Assembly: GCF_030144855.1 (NCBI RefSeq)
Contig: NC_082728.1
Location: 29,884,001 to 29,948,000, forward strand
Direction of reading: 5' to 3'
Length of the DNA: 64,000 nt
DNA from: Hypanus sabinus
Taxonomy: Eukaryota
Part shown: piece by piece, positions 39,021-51,379 of the stretch
How the letters are laid out: every line of letters starts with the position of its first letter
Numbering within the stretch: position 1 is the first letter of the stretch
Made by a program: the position numbers and the translations under genes
The notes under the pieces: generated by a model
What the model was told of the DNA's origin: nothing
The model's database searches: none
Seen by the model: the letters and a program-made list of their open reading frames with translations, nothing else

Positions 39021-40582
39021 TGGTTAAAGATGTGATTTCCTTAAGGGGGAAGTCCCTCAGATATGATATTTCATACTGACTTTTACAACAGATAACAATA
39101 AGACTGGGCTGTTCTGCTGGATCAAAATACTCACTTCCACTGCGAACTAGCAATTTGATTTAAAAGTAACACTTCAGAACTTAAAATGAAATGTCCTCTT
39201 TGCATTCAAGCATTCTAGACCCTGTGAACATCAGCAAGGCTGATTTATATTTATGGCCATTTTTTTGCTGCCCCTTGTAAATTGTATTACTTGGGTTTGA
39301 TTTTGTTTTTGCTTGTCTCTCCCAGTGCCTGGTTCTATTATTGTTGTTATCTGTTCACTTTACTTAAAGTTTTGTAAGTTAATCAAACACAAATCATTTT
39401 CTGCCTTCTCTCTTGATGCTTCATTTTCCCTTTTTCCTGCATTTCCCCAGTCCTGTTTATACTCTGATTTTTATCTTTGGCTTAAATGGTACTGAACGAC
39501 ATTAAAATGAAACTGCAGAAATTTAGCTATTTCAGTTTCCACGGTGATGATATACTTCTATATACTTTCATTAGGAATTTGCATTCCATTTTACCCTGAA
39601 TCCCTGCGATCCAATGAAATCTAGATGTCATTTATTTTATGTATCTTGTATCCTTTACACCTAGATTATTATCTTTATTCCTTACATAATTAACCTTTAT
39701 TTAAAAGGTCTTGCCCGAAAATTCCCACCCATGCAACATGATCACCCCCTAGTGGAACAACATGGCAACCATGACATTCTGCTGGTGAAAAGGAATGAAC
39801 AATTAAATGTAACAATGAGTATAATTTATCTATTTTGGAACTGTTGGAATCATATAACTTCATGTAACATCAGAATGTCAAAGAAGAAGCAGTCCCATAC
39901 TTCTGTAATACGGAATGTGATTAATGCCAATATTTAAATAACGTGATTTTATAAATCCCAAGACAGCATAATCATTTTAACCAGCTTACTTTTTGAGTTA
40001 TTTATTTGGAAATCACTCTATATTATTCCTGCAAACAATTCTATATCCGTGAGAAGCAGGTTCTGGAAGTGTTATCTTGCGATGCTGGGCCACGATATCA
40101 TTCTTGTTGGGATCGTTTTTTGTTTACAATGAAACAATATAAGTTTTCCATGAGGGTCCTCTATTTGGAAGTTAAGCAACATGAGGCTCAAACTATTGAA
40201 TAATCCTGAATGATTAATTACTTTTGCATGCTGAGCCGTTGTGGCAGGAAGTAGTCCAGAGATTCATCCATTGGAAGAAAAGCTGTTGGGAAGTTGGAGA
40301 TTAGATGCTCTGGTGCACTCATTTATGGTGGGGAAGGGAGAGGGTGTCTGAGTTAAGACTAGATCAGTGGGCAAGGAGAATTGGATGAGAGTGATGAACT
40401 TACAGGTGTTGGGGAAGGGAGTGGGTACTGTTAAAGTATTGGCCTGAGGGAAAGACAAGTACTTATGTGAAACCTAGCCCTGGTACATTCCTGGTGTTGG
40501 GCTCCATATACTAAGATCTGCTTGAGCTAATAATGCCCATTAAGTAATGCTGCAACAGGTCTCGCAAACTTTCCTTCTAGAC

Positions 40583-41940
40583 CGGGGGTCGGCAACCACA
40601 TGTGGCTCTTTTACGTCTGTGCTGCGGCTCCCTGTTGCTTTGGGAAATAATTGGTCAGTATTTAATTAAAATGTATTTTATGTTAGTTTGTTAGTTTTTG
40701 AAATGTAATTCTAAATTTGAAGATTATGGTGATCTTGTACAATCTAAATAAGACGTTGTGGCGACCCATTTCCTGACACATCCAAACCGGCTCACAATTA
40801 GCCAGCATTCAGGCTAAGGGAGATAGCCTATGGGGGTTTGTGAGTACGTGTCTTTTGGAGCATCCGCGCCCACGGGGGGCGGGTTGAGGGAGGCTTAAAA
40901 GCAAGGCTGTTTAGTTCGAATAAAGCTATCTTTGACTGCAGTTTACTGACTGTGTGTAGCACACCGCTACAACGTGTTTTTATCGCTGGCTGTCCAGAGG
41001 GGAGGTGCTGAAACGCTTTGTCGTGTGTCTGGAAGAAGTGAAAACTTTCCTGGGCAGCAAAGGGCTCACCTTTCCTGAGCTGGAACAGCCAGAGTGGCTG
41101 GAAAAGCTACACTTCATGGTAGACATGACAGCGCACCTGAACACGCTGAACACAGCTCTTCAGGGGTAAGGACGTACAGCCCTGCACATGTTGGAGGATG
41201 TTTTGGCATTCGAGCGCAAGTTGACAGTGCTTGCCAGAGATTTACAGAAAGGCACATTGTCTCACTTCCCCAATTTGAGAGAGTTCAAACAAGGTCACGA
41301 CATGATAAATTCGGAGTATTTACATTCTGCAATCATCGCAATGCAAACATCGTTTGGGAAACGCTTCTGTGAGTTCAGAGAGGAAAAAAACACATTATCC
41401 TTCCCGGTCACTCCCCTAAGCATCAATCCATCCCTACTGAATACGACTGCATTGTCAGGTGTGAGTCAACCTGACCAAGTATGATAAATATTTTAATTGC
41501 CTATTATTTTACGTATATTCATATGTTTTCATTGTTCAGTGAAATAGTCCTTTTATTTTAGGACAGCTGGCTGACGTTATTTTTGGTTTGCTGCTGGCGG
41601 CAAATTTAAGTTTGGCATTTTTCATAAATACAAGAAGGATTCAAATAGACGTTGAGTATTTTACTTAAAAGTAACCTTCAACCCAACGTCTTTTTTTCGG
41701 AGTTCAAAATGTTTTTGTTGCATGCAGAAATGTAATTTCGTTTTCTCTGCAGGAGTTCATCAATTTCATAAATGCAACACATTATAGTTTGTTTATACAT
41801 AGCATAAAGGCAAAACAAAACGTTGTATGCAGTGTTATTTCATTTTAAATGTCAAACGGGTTTTGCGGCTCCCAGTGTTTTCTTTTCTGTGGGAAACGGG
41901 TCCAAGTGGCTCTTTCAGTGGTAAAGTTTGCTGACCCCTG
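40583..41940 (+). mobile_element. hAT (Charlie/Buster-like) non-autonomous element, copy 2, inverted relative to copy 1
   Basis: Near-identical to 26847-28435; TIRs CGGGGGTCGGCAACC / TTTGCTGACCCCTG; 8-bp TSD TTCTAGAC (40575-40582, 41941-41948). Confidence 0.93.
40757..40971 (+). mobile_element. Solo LTR inside hAT copy 2, same insertion as 27813-28027
   Basis: TGTGGCG...CGCTACA with ACGT TSD at the same position in the element. Confidence 0.85.
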
Positions 41941-41959
41941 TTCTAGACAAAGTGGTCTG

Positions 41960-42496
41960 CAGATAGTAGGGGAAGTGTGTGGTCATGTACTTTGGTAGAA
42001 GGAATAAAGACATAGATTATTTTCCAAATAGGGAGAAAATTTAAAAAAAAATAAAAGGTGCAAAGGAACTTGGGAATTCTTGTGCAGGATTCCTTAAAGG
42101 TTAACTTGCAGGTTCAGTTGGTTGTAAGGAAAGTAAATGCAATGTTAGAATTCATTTTGAGAAGACTAGAATCCAAGGGCAAGGATATATATCCGATGCT
42201 TTATAAGGCATTGGTCAAGACTGCACTTGAAGTATTAAGAGCAGTTTTGGGTCCCTTATCGAAGAAAATATATGCTTGCATAGGAGAGGTTCAATTATTC
42301 TGGGAATGAAATGGTTAACGTATGAGGAGCGTTTGATGGCTCTAGGCCTGTACTTGCCGGAATTTAGAAGAATGCGAGGGGATCTCATTAAAACCTATCG
42401 AATAATGAAAGGCCTATATACAGTGGATGTGGAGAGGATGTTCCCTATAGTTAGATATTATGGGCCAGAGGGAACAGTCTCAGAATCGAGGAACAT
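41960..42496 (+). mobile_element. CR1 3' region, first part; appears to resume at about 51120-51375
   Basis: VQRNLGILVQDSLKVNLQV, LYKALV, YEERLMALGLY, RRMRGDLI; the CR1 3' end continues after the Gypsy 3' LTR. Confidence 0.75.
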
Positions 42497-43499
42497 TGTT
42501 GTATTTAATATTTAAGTAATATATTTATAATATATTGTTTAAGCATTCTTGTTCATCTAAATAATTCATTACAAGTTATATGCTTGGATATGATATTTGC
42601 ATAAACTTTCACATTACCTTGTGAGATATGCATGCCTCCTTAAAGTAAACTTAAATTTAGACTCTTGTGTCTTCCTTTGAATTAGTTTACTATCTTTCTA
42701 TTGTACTAGGTACAATATTAAAAGTACTAGGTACTTTTAAAATAAGGACAAGATGTCTATCAGCATGATAAAGCACAGTGAGACATTTGAAATTTAAAAA
42801 ACATAGTGAGGAGTATCGAAAAAAATGCACAGCCCAGTGCATGAAGAGTATTGAAAAAGACAAAGTGGAAGAATTCACAGGTTCATAAAGAGAGAAAGGA
42901 TTTGTGGATTCATAAAGAGTGAGTATTGAGTGATAATAATCATTAAAAAGATCAGAAAGATTGACAAGCTTGATTACACAACAGGTAATTGGCTCATGTA
43001 TACTGAGCTATTGGAACAGTATTTTGAAGCAAATGAAATAGCAATGAAAAGTGAGTGCCAATTTTGCTGAGTGCATTGGGTTTAAACCATACGGTTTGCT
43101 TCAAAGTTTGACTGTTCCAGCCAAACCATCAGCAATGAGCTTTCCTGAGATTGTCAAAGTAATGCAAGAACGCTGAGAACCAAAGCCATTGTTGATTGCA
43201 GAATGATTTCATAAATGGAATCAAAAGGAAGGGGAGTCCATTTCAGCATACTTGGCTGAATTAAAGGGATTGCTGGAGCATTGTCAGTTCAGTTGTGGTC
43301 ATTAACGATGTACTGATAGATTGTTTAGTTTGTGGAATCTTAAAAGAAAGCATTTAAAAACGGTTCCTAACTGAAGCACAACTTACTTTTAAAAGAGCAG
43401 TTGAAATTGCTGTTTCAATGGAAACCACACACAGAGATGCAATTGAGTTGCAATCAGGAATGACAGGGAGTGTGAACAGAATTGCAACATCTAAACAGA

Positions 43500-46400
43500 G
43501 GGGACGTCACGTGATGACAAGACGTTGGGAATCCAGCTACTTCGTAAAAAGTAATGAAATAGGGTTTAAATGAAGAAGAGTTAACAAGTATCTACTACAA
43601 ACTATTTATAAGTAACTCAGGATTATCTTTTGATGTGGCTCCTAAACAGAAACAGAAGAAAGCTACTACTTCGAAGACTGCGCAAATTGGCGGGGAAAAA
43701 GGCCTAACCATATTGGCAAAGCCTTGGACTCAAGTTGGATCTCCTCCCAGCGAAGTGCATGGCACTTCTGATGATGCGGGACAGGAAGTTGCAGCAATGT
43801 CGGCGGTCTCTAAGAAGAAACGGCAAGAACAACGCATGCGCGAAGAAACAAGTATGCATGAACAGATATTAACAAAACTACAAATCCCAACTACGGCTAG
43901 AAGTGAAACTGGAAGTGAATCGGAAGTGGAGTCAGACTCTTTGGGAAATTCAGAGGAAGAAGAAGAGGAAAAGAAAGAGGCAATTAAAGGAGACATAAAA
44001 GATATCCTGATATATATTATGAATGAATTAAAAGCTATAAGAAGGATGCAGAATACACTCGATAATGTGGTGGAAAAACAAAAGAAGATGGATAATAAAG
44101 TTAAAGAGATGGAAGTAAAAGTGGAAGAAAACACTGAAAGAATAGATAAGATAGAAGACAATAATCTTGCCTGGACAATAGAAAGAAAACGGATATGGGA
44201 AAAAATAGATGCGCTTGAAAACTCAAGTAGATGAAATAATATCAAAATTGTTGGTCTTATGGAAGGTACAGAGGGAGAAGATCCAATAAAATTCTTTCAA
44301 GAATGGATTCTGAAAATTTTGGAAATGAAAGAAGGAAGCTAAGTAATTGAAATTGAAAGAGCACACAGAGCTTTAAGACCAAGACCTCAACAAGATCAAA
44401 ATCCAAGATCAATTTTGATAAAATGCTTAAGGTACCAAGATAAAGAAATGATCTTGAAGGCAGCTACTCAAGGTGCTAAAAAGAGAAATGGGCCATTGAT
44501 AATAGGAGGGAAAAGAGTTTTTTTTTATCCAGACATAAGTTACGATCTTCTGAAGAGGCGGAAGGAATTTAATCCAGTGAAAAAATCTTTATGGGAAAAG
44601 GGCTATAAATGTTTATTGAGCTACCCAGCAAAATTGATCACTTTCTTGGATAACAAAGAAAGAAGATTTTTCGTCGACTACCGGAAAGTGGAGAAATTTG
44701 TACAAGAATTACCTGATGTCCATGAAGAGGAGTAAAGAATTATAGAAATGAAATGGACTAATGATGAAGACTGAAACAAGGTTGGACTTGATGGACATTT
44801 ATATAAAAAATAGTTGAGGAGTATTAATTGGGAGTAGAGACATTAATTATTTTCTTTCTTTTCTTCACTAATATATTTTTTTTTGTGGGGGAGCTGGAGG
44901 AGCTCCAGATCGATGGCTGTGAGTTTCATGTGTACAATCATGGCGATTGCCATGACCCGTAAGATGGGGGGGGGGGGAATGTTGTGTTCTTTTTATTCGC
45001 AACATTAGTGGGGGGGGGTACTTTTTTTTCTTATATATTAGTTATCTTGCTTCTATTTTTCTTTTTTGCCTGGATGGTTGGGGAGAAACTCATAGCAACA
45101 TGGAGAATTCTTAAAGAGTTAATTATTATGAATGATTAATTTACTTAATTTTTTAAGTTTTAATGTTAATGGAATTAATGGACCTGTGAAAAGAAAAAGA
45201 GTTTTAACATATATTAAGAAAATGAAAGGAGATATAGCTTTTCTACAAGAAACACATTTAACAGAAACAGAACATAAGAAATTAAAGAGGGATTGGGGTG
45301 GAAATGTCATTGCAGCTTCATTTAATTCAAAATCGAGAGGAGTTGCAATTTTGGTTAATAAATCTTTACCAATTAAAATACAAAACGTAATAATTGATTC
45401 TGTGGGGAGATATGTGATTATACATTGTCAAATTTTTTCAGAATTATGGACTTTTATGAACATTTATGCACCAAATGAAAATGATGCAAAATTCATACAA
45501 GAAGTTTTTTTGAACTTGGCTGATGCACATGATAAAATACTAATAGGTGGAGTTTTTAATTTTTGTTTAGATCCAGTTTTGGATTGGTCGACTAAAGTTG
45601 CTACAAAATCAAAAGTAATAAAACTAACTTTATCATTAATGAAAGACTTAAACCTGATTGATATATGGAGAAAAATTAATCCAAGAGAAAGAGATTATTC
45701 ATTTTATTCAAATGGACATAAAACTTACTCAAGGATTGATTTTTTTTATTATCAAAAAATATTCAAGATAGAGTGAAAAGTGTGGAATATAAAGCAAGAA
45801 TACGGTCAGATCATTCCCCCTTGATAATGACAATGATAATGATGGATAAGCAGGAATCAATTTACAGATGGAGATTTAATTCAATTTTATTAAAACATCA
45901 AGATTTTTGTGATCTTATGAAAAAACAGATACAATTTTTTTTGGATACAAATTTACATTCAGTTGAGGATAAAATTCTATTATGGGAAGCGATGAAAGCA
46001 TATTTAAGGGGTCAGATTATGTTATACATCTAAAATTAAGAAGGAATACATGGCAGAAATAGATCAATTGGAAAAAGATTTCATAAAGTTAGAAAAAGAA
46101 TCTCAAAGATATATGACAGAAGAAAAACGAAGACAACTTGTTAATAAAAAACTACAATACAATACACTCCAGACACATCGTACACAAAAAGTAATTATGA
46201 GAACTAAACAGAAATATTACGAATTAGGTGAAAGATCACATAAAATTCTTGCTTGGCAGTTGAAAACAGAACAGGTTTCTAAAACAATAAATGCAATTAG
46301 AACAAGTGTAAATAAGGTTACTTATAAATGAAACTTCAAAAAAATTTTATACTGAACTATATCAATCAGAATCACAAAATAAGATTGCTGAGATAGATAA

Positions 46401-49136
46401 ATTTTTTATCACAAATAACCCTTCCAAAATTAAATTTGGAAGAACAGTAAGGATGAGATATGCCCTTTACATTAAAAGAGGTTGAAGAAGCTTTAAGATC
46501 ACTTCAGGGTAATAAATAATAAGATGGTCTTCGTCCTGAATTTTATTAAAAAATAAAAGATTTATTAATTCCTCCTTTTATGGAATTAATATACCAAGTG
46601 GAAAGAATGCATAAGCTCCCACAATCTTTTTTAACAGCGATCATAACTGTATTGCCAAAAAAAGATAGAGATCCTTTAAAACCAACATCATATAGGCCTA
46701 TTTCTTTGTTGAATACAGATTATGGAATAATAGCAAAAATTTTATCTAATAGAATATCTAAATATTTACCAAAATTAATACATATGGATCAAACAGGTTT
46801 TATTAAAAACAGACAATCAATGGATAATATAACCCGGTTACTTAGTATAATTAATTTGGCACCAAAAAGAGAGGAAATGAGTGTGGCAGTTGCTTTGGAT
46901 GCAGAAAAAGCATTTGATAGATTGGAATGGGATTTTTTGTTTAAGGTATTGGAAAAATATGAGTTAGGAAAATCTTTTATACAATGGATTAAAACCTTAA
47001 ATACTAATCCTCAAGCTAAAGTAGTTACAAATGGTCAAATTTCAACACCATTTTGCTTAACAAGGTCAACTAGACAAGGCTGCCTATTATCACCTGCTTT
47101 ATTTGTATTGGCAAGAGAACCATTAGCTGAATTAATTAGAACAGATTCAGATATTGGGGGCTTTAGAGTTAATCAAGAAGAATATAAGATTAATTTATTT
47201 GCTGATGATGTTTTGATTTATTTAACAAACCCATTGCAATCTTTGCAAAGATTATCTTTTAGATTGGAAGAATATGGGAAAGTATCAGGGTATAAAGTAA
47301 ATTGGGATAAAAGTGAAATTTTACCCCTTACCAAAGGAAATTATCAATGTCGATTAGTAACTCAATTTCGATGGTCAATAAATGGGATAAAATATTTAGG
47401 TATTAGAGATGACAATGATGTAAAAAAAATTATATAAACAAAATTATTTGCCATTATTAAAAAAAATAAAAGAGGATATTGTTAAATGGATGATGTTACC
47501 AATAACATTAATAGGTAGAGTAAATGCTGTAAAAATGAATATATTTCCTAGATTGCAATATTTATTCCAAACTTTACCAATACAATTACCTCAGAAGTTT
47601 TTTCAAGAACTGAATAAATACGTAAGGAAATTTCTTTGGAAAGGAAAGATGTCAAGAATATCATTGGAAAAATTGACATGTAAATTTGATTTAGGAGGGT
47701 TCCAAATTTTAAGAATTATTATAAAGCAAATCAACTTAGATTTATCGCGTCTTTTTTTGATGAAGAAAAACCGGCATGGATTAGAATAGAATTAGATAAG
47801 ATAGGAGAAAACATACCAGAAGATTTTATATATAAATGGGAATCCAAATGGATACGGGAAAAAAAAGAATCTCCTATATTAAGACACTTGATTGATTTAT
47901 GGAATAAGGTAAATATGTACGATAAGATAAAGAAATCTTTATTAGCAAAAAGAACTTTAATTCAAAATACTTATTCCTTTTACAATGGATAATAAACTTT
48001 TGCATAATTGGTTCCAAAAGGGGATTAAATGTATAGGTGATTGTTTTGAAGGAGGTATATTGATGTTGTTTGATCAATTAAAAATAAATATAAATATATC
48101 AAATAACACTCTTTTCTGTTATTTTCAATTAAAGGCTTATTTACTAGAAAAGCTGGGACAAACAATGTTGATGCCAAAACCTAGTGAAATAGAAATATTA
48201 ATTCAAAATGGAAAAAATTTAAAAAATTACATCTTGTATGTATAATTTGATTCAAAAATAGACAATTAAATCAGGAATTCATAAATCAAAACAAAAATGG
48301 GAATCTGATTTGAATGTTAAAATTGATGGAAAAAACTGGTCAAGATTATGTTCTGATAGTATGAGAAATACAATAAATGTCTGATTTAGATAAATACAAT
48401 ATAATTTTTTACATCAATTATATATAACACCACAGAAAATAAATAGATTAGATTTAAATATGTCTGACCAATGTTTTTGATGTAATCAAGAAATTGGTAC
48501 TTTTTTACATTCTACTTGGTCTTGTTTTAAAATTCAACCATTTTGGATAAATCTGAGACTTTTATTGGAACAAATTCCCGGAGTACAACTCCCACATAGT
48601 CCAGTATTATTTTTATTAGCGGACATTGAAGGGACAATACTGAAACTTAAATTGAATAAGTATCAGAAAAAAATTATAAAAATTGCATTGGCAGTAGCCA
48701 AAAAAGTTATCGCAGTTACTTGGAAATCTGATTTATATTTAACTATGGATTGTTGGAATAATGAAATACATTGTTGTATTCCACTTGAAAAAATTACATA
48801 CAATCTAAGAAATGAATATGATATTTTTTTGAAAATTTGGCTCCCATACTTACAAAAGAAAGGATTAAATACATAGGTCCTTTGAAGATAAAATTATAAA
48901 GTAATTGGGGAAAGTAAAAATAAATATTAAAATTATTTTGAACTCCATGGAGCATGTGGTGATCCTCCGATATCCAGGCAATCTTTCTCTTCTTTTTTTT
49001 CTTTCTTTAGATAAGGGTTAAGGGAGGGAGGGTTAAGGGGGGGGAGGGTTAATATTATTTTTCTCACTATTTCGTCATCTCTTTTATTCTTGTAATTTTC
49101 TAAAATTTAATAAATAAATAAAAATAAAAAAATAAA
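43500..49136 (+). mobile_element. Full-length L1-clade LINE (about 5.6 kb), disrupted ORF1 and ORF2
   Basis: 14-bp TSD AACATCTAAACAGA (43486-43499, 49137-49150); A-rich tail with AATAAA; ORF1 coiled coil, LENSSR, IERAHR; ORF2 SFNVNGIN, FLQETH, NIYAPN, YRPISLLNTD, LDAEKAFD, LFADD. Confidence 0.95.
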
Positions 49137-49447
49137 AACATCTAAACAGAAACAACCTAGCCAAATAAATTGTGTTACCTTTGTGGCAGAAGGTCAGGTA
49201 CACAAAACAAGTGATTTAAATGTGAAACTTCCAGAGATTTCAACAATATAGGACACATACAAGGAGCATGTCAGCAGACAGAAATAAATGGACTGCTCAG
49301 GGAAGAGAAAAAACTAAAAGTCAAGTAGTGGTTTCAAAAAGAGCACTAATCTGCACACCATTGATGAAACATCTGATAATGAAGAGAATGATGCAGGACT
49401 GGGTGGCCTTGAGAATTACAGTGTGAATATTAGCATTAGACTAGGGA

Positions 49448-49607
49448 CAACACACACAAAATGCTGGTGGAACACATCAGGCCAGGCAGCATCTATAAGG
49501 AGAAGCACTGTCGACGTTTCAGGCCGAGACCCTTCGTCAGGTGTTCCACCAGCATTTTGTGTGTGTTGTTTGAACTTCCAGCATCTGCAGATTTCCTCGT
49601 GTTTGCT
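49448..49607. mobile_element. Short Penelope-derived inverted-repeat element with a hammerhead core
   Basis: 14-bp flanking direct repeat CATTAGACTAGGGA (49434-49447, 49608-49621); arms CAACACACACAAAATGCTGGTGGAAC / GTTCCACCAGCATTTTGTGTGTGTTG; minus strand CTGACGA...GAAACGTC. Confidence 0.8.
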
Positions 49608-50020
49608 CATTAGACTAGGGATACGGCTTACACTAGAAGTGAAACGCAAATTAATTAAAATGGAATTGGGGTTCAGCTTTTTCAGTCATTCCTCTTATTG
49701 AATTTCAGTGACTTTTCAAAGTTACTAAACTGAACCCTGCAAATGACCAACTAAAAACTGGAGAAAAGATAACTCCAGTGGGAATGGCATTCATAACTGT
49801 GAACATTGGGCTTGTATGTGGTAAAAACAGGAGGGCCAGCAGTATGTGGGCATGATTGGCTGAAACAACTACAACTTGATTGGAGATCCATCCACCATTT
49901 TCATGCCATATCCCCTATAAAGAAACAAACTGAAATTGAATTAAGAAATGTACTGGATGATGTCTCAAATGTCTCCCTGCTGAACACCATGAACCATTGC
50001 ACAACAGAGGACAAACAAGC

Positions 50021-50635
50021 CTCTGGTTGGAAGGTAATATTGAACCAAGGAAGGACCATGTTGTTCAGGGGAAGTGTGAAAGTGATAAAAGAAGTGGTCT
50101 GACTACAACAGGTTTCACAGGCAATGTATCTGAGAAAGCTTCTGATATGTTAATCAGGCAGTTACTTGTGAAGAGAGTTCAAGGGGCTTGAGGAAAGTTG
50201 CAAACATTTGGCTTTTATGAGTATAAAGAACCAGAATTTACCCTGACTGCGTTTAGGTTATTGCATGAACTTCAAGTGAGAGACAAAAAGGTGCTTGTAA
50301 AGTTAAATGCAAAGATTAAAGTCCAACTGAATGAGTGGAAAGCCAAAAAGAAAGGAGCCAATGGAGATACGAAAGCAGAGGATTTGCCAGACAACGTTGT
50401 GGATGAGGAAACCAAGAGGAGAGATCAGATTGTAAAGGATGCAATAGAAAGATTAATAAGAGAATAATCCAGTGAACTAAATGCACCTTCCTAAGACCAA
50501 GGTGCACAAACTTGAAGAAGAAAAACGAGGGAAGAGATGGAGAGAAAGAATGCGAATGAGAAAGAGAAAGGCATGAAAGTGAGAAGGAATGTGAGAAAGA
50601 AAAACAAAGTAGATTCAGAAAGAAAAAGGTGAAGA
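50021..50635 (+). pseudogene. RBM25: Intronless RBM25 fragment (RRM and start of charged region) inside an LTR element
   Basis: Single frame with stops: RKDH...TTTGFTGNVSEKASDMLIRQLLVKRVQGA*GKLQTFGFYEYKEPEFTLTAFRLLHELQVRDKKVLVKLNAKIKVQLNEWKAKKK...DEETKRRDQIVKDAIERLIRE*SSELNAPS*, matching recalled vertebrate RBM25. Confidence 0.9.
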
Positions 50636-51379
50636 AAGATGTCCAGAGCTGTCAGAACCACTTCCTACCATCTTAGAATCAACTCCTACAACCACCACCG
50701 ACGAGGCCCCAGACCTGAGATGGTTTTCACAGCCTCAAGGCTCACCTACCAAGCACATTATCCCACAAAGGTAAGAAAGACTCCACAACAATGAAATCTT
50801 ATGGCCTGATTGGGACAATTTAAAGTTTACTTTGCTGTGGATATCTGTATATAGTAGTTGCATTATGTAATATACTATGTATATAGTTGAGATGCATTCT
50901 CTATTGAGTTGGAGTTTACAGCTGAGCAGGGACAAGTGTTGTGCATTTAATATTTATGTAGTATTTGAGTATTTCTTGGTTGATTAAGCATCCTTGTTCG
51001 TTTAAGTAACTTATTTGGAGTTATATGTATGGCTACATTAATTGCACACGTCATCGTGCTGATATGTATGCAATTTGCTTAAGGTAGATGATTTAATGAT
51101 TTGAAGTTACAAAACCTAAGGGAATCCATTTAGAACTGAGATTTGGAGGAATTTCTTTTGCCAGAGTGTGCTAAATCTGTGGAATTCATTGCCATGTAGA
51201 GCTGTGGAGTATATTGAAAGTGGAGGTTGATAGGTTCTTGATCAGTCAGGATGTCAAAGGTTACAGGAAGAAGTGAATGGTGTTGAGAGGGATAATAAAT
51301 CAGCCATGGGGGATTGGTAAGCAGGCTCAATGGGCTGAGTGGTCTAAATTTGCTTCTTTGTCTTATGGTCTAATGGTCA

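Larger units (their letters stand above)
42497..51118 (+). mobile_element. Decayed Gypsy-type LTR element with gag and protease remnants and RBM25 cargo, interrupted by an L1 and a short repeat
   Basis: Related LTRs begin TGTTGT.ATTTAATATTT at 42497 and 50937; purine-rich tract before the 3' LTR; gag remnants EQYFEANEI, EPKPLLIAE, QKEGESISAY, LLTEAQLTFKRAVEIA; protease-region remnants KLIKMEL and GHDWLKQLQLDW. Confidence 0.82.

Noticed and set aside
43730-44245. 171-aa hydrophobic, Ser-rich minus-strand ORF that looks like a membrane protein
   Set aside because: Antisense shadow of the Glu/Lys-rich L1 ORF1.
50021-50635. A functional RBM25 gene, or a functional link to nearby SRSF2
   Set aside because: In-frame stops, internal deletion, partial coverage and location inside an LTR element; proximity to SRSF2 is most likely chance.
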